NCBI GenBank assembly: GCA_041497675.1
Contig: JBGQGY010000083.1
Location: 1-17,144 of the forward strand
Direction: 5' to 3'
DNA: 17,144 nucleotides
Source: a bacterium
GTDB lineage: Bacteria; Sysuimicrobiota; Sysuimicrobiia; Sysuimicrobiales; Humicultoraceae
Positions 14,892 to 17,144 of the stretch are shown piece after piece (within the stretch, counting starts at the first letter, position 1; every line of letters begins with the position of its first letter). A program made the translations under genes and the position numbers. The notes under the pieces are model-generated. The model saw only the letters and a program-made list of their open reading frames with translations. It was not told where the DNA came from and did no database searches.

Positions 14892-16259
14892 ATGACGGAC
14901 GGCGTTGAACGACAAATCGTATCTGATCTCTTTCTCTCTCGCAACGGGCTCGAGTTCGTCGAAGAGCTCGTGGACCGGTTCGGCCCGCGCTTTGGGGGCA
15001 CCGAGCAGGAGCGCCGGGCCGCGGAGTACATCCGTGACCGCTTCGCCCAGATCGGCGTCGATCGGGCAGACACCGAGACGTTCACCTGCGCGGGCTGGAC
15101 GCGCAAGGAGACGCGCCTCACGGTGGTCGCACCGGCGTCACAGGACATCGCCTGCATCGCGCTGCCGTTCTGCCCGCCGGGTGAAGTCGAGGGCCCGCTG
15201 ATTTTCCTCGGCGACGGTGATCCCCAGAGCTATGTCGTGCGTCGCGACGAGTTGCGCGGCGCGATGGCGATGGCGACGACTGCGCAGCCCCGCTTCTTTT
15301 CGCGCCAGATGCACCGCTGCGAGAAACTGGGCCGGGCGCTGGCCGAGGGAGCGATAGGGTTCATCTGGATGCGCGGCGAGGCCGGAGGCCTGCCCGAGAC
15401 CGGGTCGGCGCGCTTTGGTCACCCGTGTGAGGTCCCGGCCATCGGCGTGTCCTACGAAGCCGGTCAGGCGATGGTGCGCATGAGCCGCAATGGGCCCGTG
15501 CGCGTCAAGATCACCTCGACAAATCAGAACCACCCCGTGACCTCCGCGAACGTAGTGGCCGAGTTCCGGGGGCAGCAGCACCCCGACGAGATCATCCTGC
15601 TCGGCGCCCACTACGACGGCCACGATATCAGCCAGGCGGCGATGGACAACGCGACCGGGGTCGCCGTGGTGCTCGAGGCCGCGCGGGCCATCGCGCCGCA
15701 CAAAGGGCAGTTGCGCCGGACGGTGCGGTGCGTCGCGTTCGCGCAGGAAGAAATGGGCTTGCTCGGTGCACGCGACTACGCGGGTCGCCACCAGGCTGAG
15801 CGGATCCGCTTCATGCTGAACCTGGACGGGGCCGGCCGAAGCATCAACGCCTCGCTCCAGTTGCAGGGATGGCCCGAGGCGATCCGCTGGTTTCGGGGGC
15901 TGTTCGACCAGATGCTCGATCCCGACGTTGCGGTCGGCGACCAGCTCGGCATGTACTCCGACATGTTCCCGTTCGCGCTCCACGGGATCCCGGCGGCGAC
16001 AATGAGTTCGCGGACGGTTGGATCGTCCGAAGCCGCGGTGCGCGGGTTCGGTCATACGGCGATGGATTCGCTCGACAAGGTCTCGGCGCGGCTGATCCAG
16101 CTCGAGGCGGTCCGGGTGGCGCGGCTGACGCTGCGGCTGGCGACCATGGACGACATCCCGCTCGCCAGGAAGAGTCCGGCGGATATCAGGGTACAACTCA
16201 AGGCGCTGGGTCTGGATGAGGTGCTGCGTTACGAAGGGCGGCCGTTGCCCGCCGGCTAG
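14892..16259 (+). CDS. M28 family metallopeptidase with a PA domain, no signal peptide
   Basis: SD GAGGGAGGA; 12 nt after the DAO gene. Motifs GPRFGGTEQE..AA, NVVAE, LGAHYDGHD, AMDNATG, FAQEEMGLLG, LNLD, SDMFPF and GHTAMDSLDKV. Confidence 0.9.
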   Translation: MTDGVERQIVSDLFLSRNGLEFVEELVDRFGPRFGGTEQERRAAEYIRDRFAQIGVDRADTETFTCAGWTRKETRLTVVAPASQDIACIALPFCPPGEVEGPLIFLGDGDPQSYVVRRDELRGAMAMATTAQPRFFSRQMHRCEKLGRALAEGAIGFIWMRGEAGGLPETGSARFGHPCEVPAIGVSYEAGQAMVRMSRNGPVRVKITSTNQNHPVTSANVVAEFRGQQHPDEIILLGAHYDGHDISQAAMDNATGVAVVLEAARAIAPHKGQLRRTVRCVAFAQEEMGLLGARDYAGRHQAERIRFMLNLDGAGRSINASLQLQGWPEAIRWFRGLFDQMLDPDVAVGDQLGMYSDMFPFALHGIPAATMSSRTVGSSEAAVRGFGHTAMDSLDKVSARLIQLEAVRVARLTLRLATMDDIPLARKSPADIRVQLKALGLDEVLRYEGRPLPAG

Positions 16260-16341
16260 ACTGAGTCCTTGTGTGGCTGCGAAGCGTGTGCAAGAATCGC
16301 AGCGGATAGTTGGCTAACATTGAATGAGGAGGGCGATACCG

Positions 16342-16905
16342 ATGCAGGTCAGGAGATTCACCAAGACGCTGGTGTTGGTCGTGTGCGTGTGTCTTGCGTC
16401 GACGTTGATGCTGCCGAGCGCGGGTCACGCCAAGACCGCGCAGGAGATCGACGCGGGCGTGAACGCGGTCCTCGACCGGTTCACGAAGCAGGTGAAGAAC
16501 GCCAACCAGTTCCTTCAGACCGCCAAGGGCGTGCTGGTGTTTGCCGGGGTGTTCAAGGCCGGCATCGGCATCGGCGGGGAGTACGGTGAGGGCGCGCTCC
16601 GCATCGGCGGCAAGACCGCCGCATACTACAGCATCGGCGCTGCCTCCATCGGGCTCCAGTTCGGCGCGCAGAAGAAGGACATCATCATCGTGTTTCTCCA
16701 GGAAGAGGCGCTCAAGAAGTTTCAGGTGAGCCAGGGCTGGCAGGTCGGTGTGGATGGATCCGTGGTCATCGTCGACCTGGGCGCCGGCGCCTCGATCGAC
16801 ACGACCAAGATCAATCAGCCGGTCGTGGGATTCGTCATCGGCCAAAAGGGCCTGATGTACAACTTGACCCTGGAAGGGTCCAAGATCTCCAAACTCAACA
16901 AGTAA
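16342..16905 (+). CDS. YSC84/SYLF lipid-binding domain family secreted protein
   Basis: ATG at 16342 after GAGGAGGG; signal peptide ending GHA. Motifs AKGVLVF..V.KAGIGIGGEYGEGAL, YYSIGAASIGLQFGAQ, GWQVGVDGSV and QKGLMYNLTLEGSKISK. Confidence 0.88.
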   Translation: MQVRRFTKTLVLVVCVCLASTLMLPSAGHAKTAQEIDAGVNAVLDRFTKQVKNANQFLQTAKGVLVFAGVFKAGIGIGGEYGEGALRIGGKTAAYYSIGAASIGLQFGAQKKDIIIVFLQEEALKKFQVSQGWQVGVDGSVVIVDLGAGASIDTTKINQPVVGFVIGQKGLMYNLTLEGSKISKLNK

Positions 16906-16928
16906 GCGACCCGCCGCGCGGCGGGCCT

Positions 16929-16967
16929 GGGGTCTGGGGGCGATCATCCCCCGGGCCCCTTGTCTTT
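16929..16967 (+). terminator. Rho-independent terminator after the YSC84 gene
   Basis: Stem GGGGTCTGGGGG (16929-16940) / CCCCCGGGCCCC (16948-16959) with two G-U pairs and a 7-nt loop, followed by TTGTCTTT. Preceded by a perfect 16-nt palindrome, CCCGCCGCGCGGCGGG (16910-16925). Confidence 0.7.
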
Positions 16968-17006
16968 GCGGGCGCCCACCGGGGCATACACCTACCGGGC
17001 CAACAT

Positions 17007-17144
17007 ATGTCAAAGTCGGCGTTGTTCACCGATCAACTTGCTCGAGCATACCGGGAAGCCCGGGTGCTTGTCCTTGGCGACCGTACTCCCAAGGTCGACC
17101 GCGCATTTGCGCTCCATCGGGAGTTCCTCGCCTTACGGGCCTCA
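17007..17144 (+). CDS. Possible 5' end of an unknown protein that runs off the window
   Basis: ATG at 17007 is open for 46 codons to the edge (MSKSALFTDQLARAYREARVLVLGDRTPKVDRAFALHREFLALRAS). No clear SD and no recognisable motif. Confidence 0.3.
   Translation, partial: MSKSALFTDQLARAYREARVLVLGDRTPKVDRAFALHREFLALRAS

Noticed and set aside
2871..16341. Upstream-extended starts in the ORF track (2871, 6118, 8461, 12308, 16324)
   Set aside because: Downstream starts (2928, 6172, 8596, 12374, 16342) have better SD placement or put the signal peptide or FAD motif at the N-terminus, and they avoid long overlaps.
17072..17094. Minus-strand CCTTGGGAGTACGGTCGCCAAGG resembles a conserved 16S rRNA segment (CCTGGGGAGTACGGTCGCAAG)
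   Set aside because: Similarity is limited to about 20 nt and the flanks do not resemble rRNA; treated as coincidence.

Overview
GC-rich bacterial window with 16 well-supported protein-coding genes (one truncated at the left edge), plus a possible partial ORF at the right edge. I found no rRNA, tRNA, CRISPR array or mobile element. Left to right: (i) a secreted G8-domain/beta-helix protein of the CEMIP/TMEM2/fibrocystin-L type on the minus strand, truncated at the window start and absent from the ORF track; (ii) an operon of an M20 metallohydrolase, a 70-aa GatC/AtzG-like protein and an amidase-signature amidase; (iii) a convergent Tat-signal flavin amine oxidase; (iv) a tightly coupled 7-gene operon: flavin-dependent halogenase-like enzyme, NitT/TauT-type substrate-binding protein (SBP1), SCO copper chaperone, PCuAC copper chaperone, paralogous SBP2, ABC permease and ABC ATPase; (v) a NamZ/DUF1343 muramidase, a DAO-family FAD oxidoreductase, an M28 peptidase and a YSC84/SYLF protein followed by a terminator. 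The best candidate for an undescribed system is operon (iv). It joins a stand-alone halogenase, two Cys-motif binding proteins of the anion-transporter type and two copper chaperones, with no cuproenzyme in view. All calls come from manual motif reading; no database searches were run.
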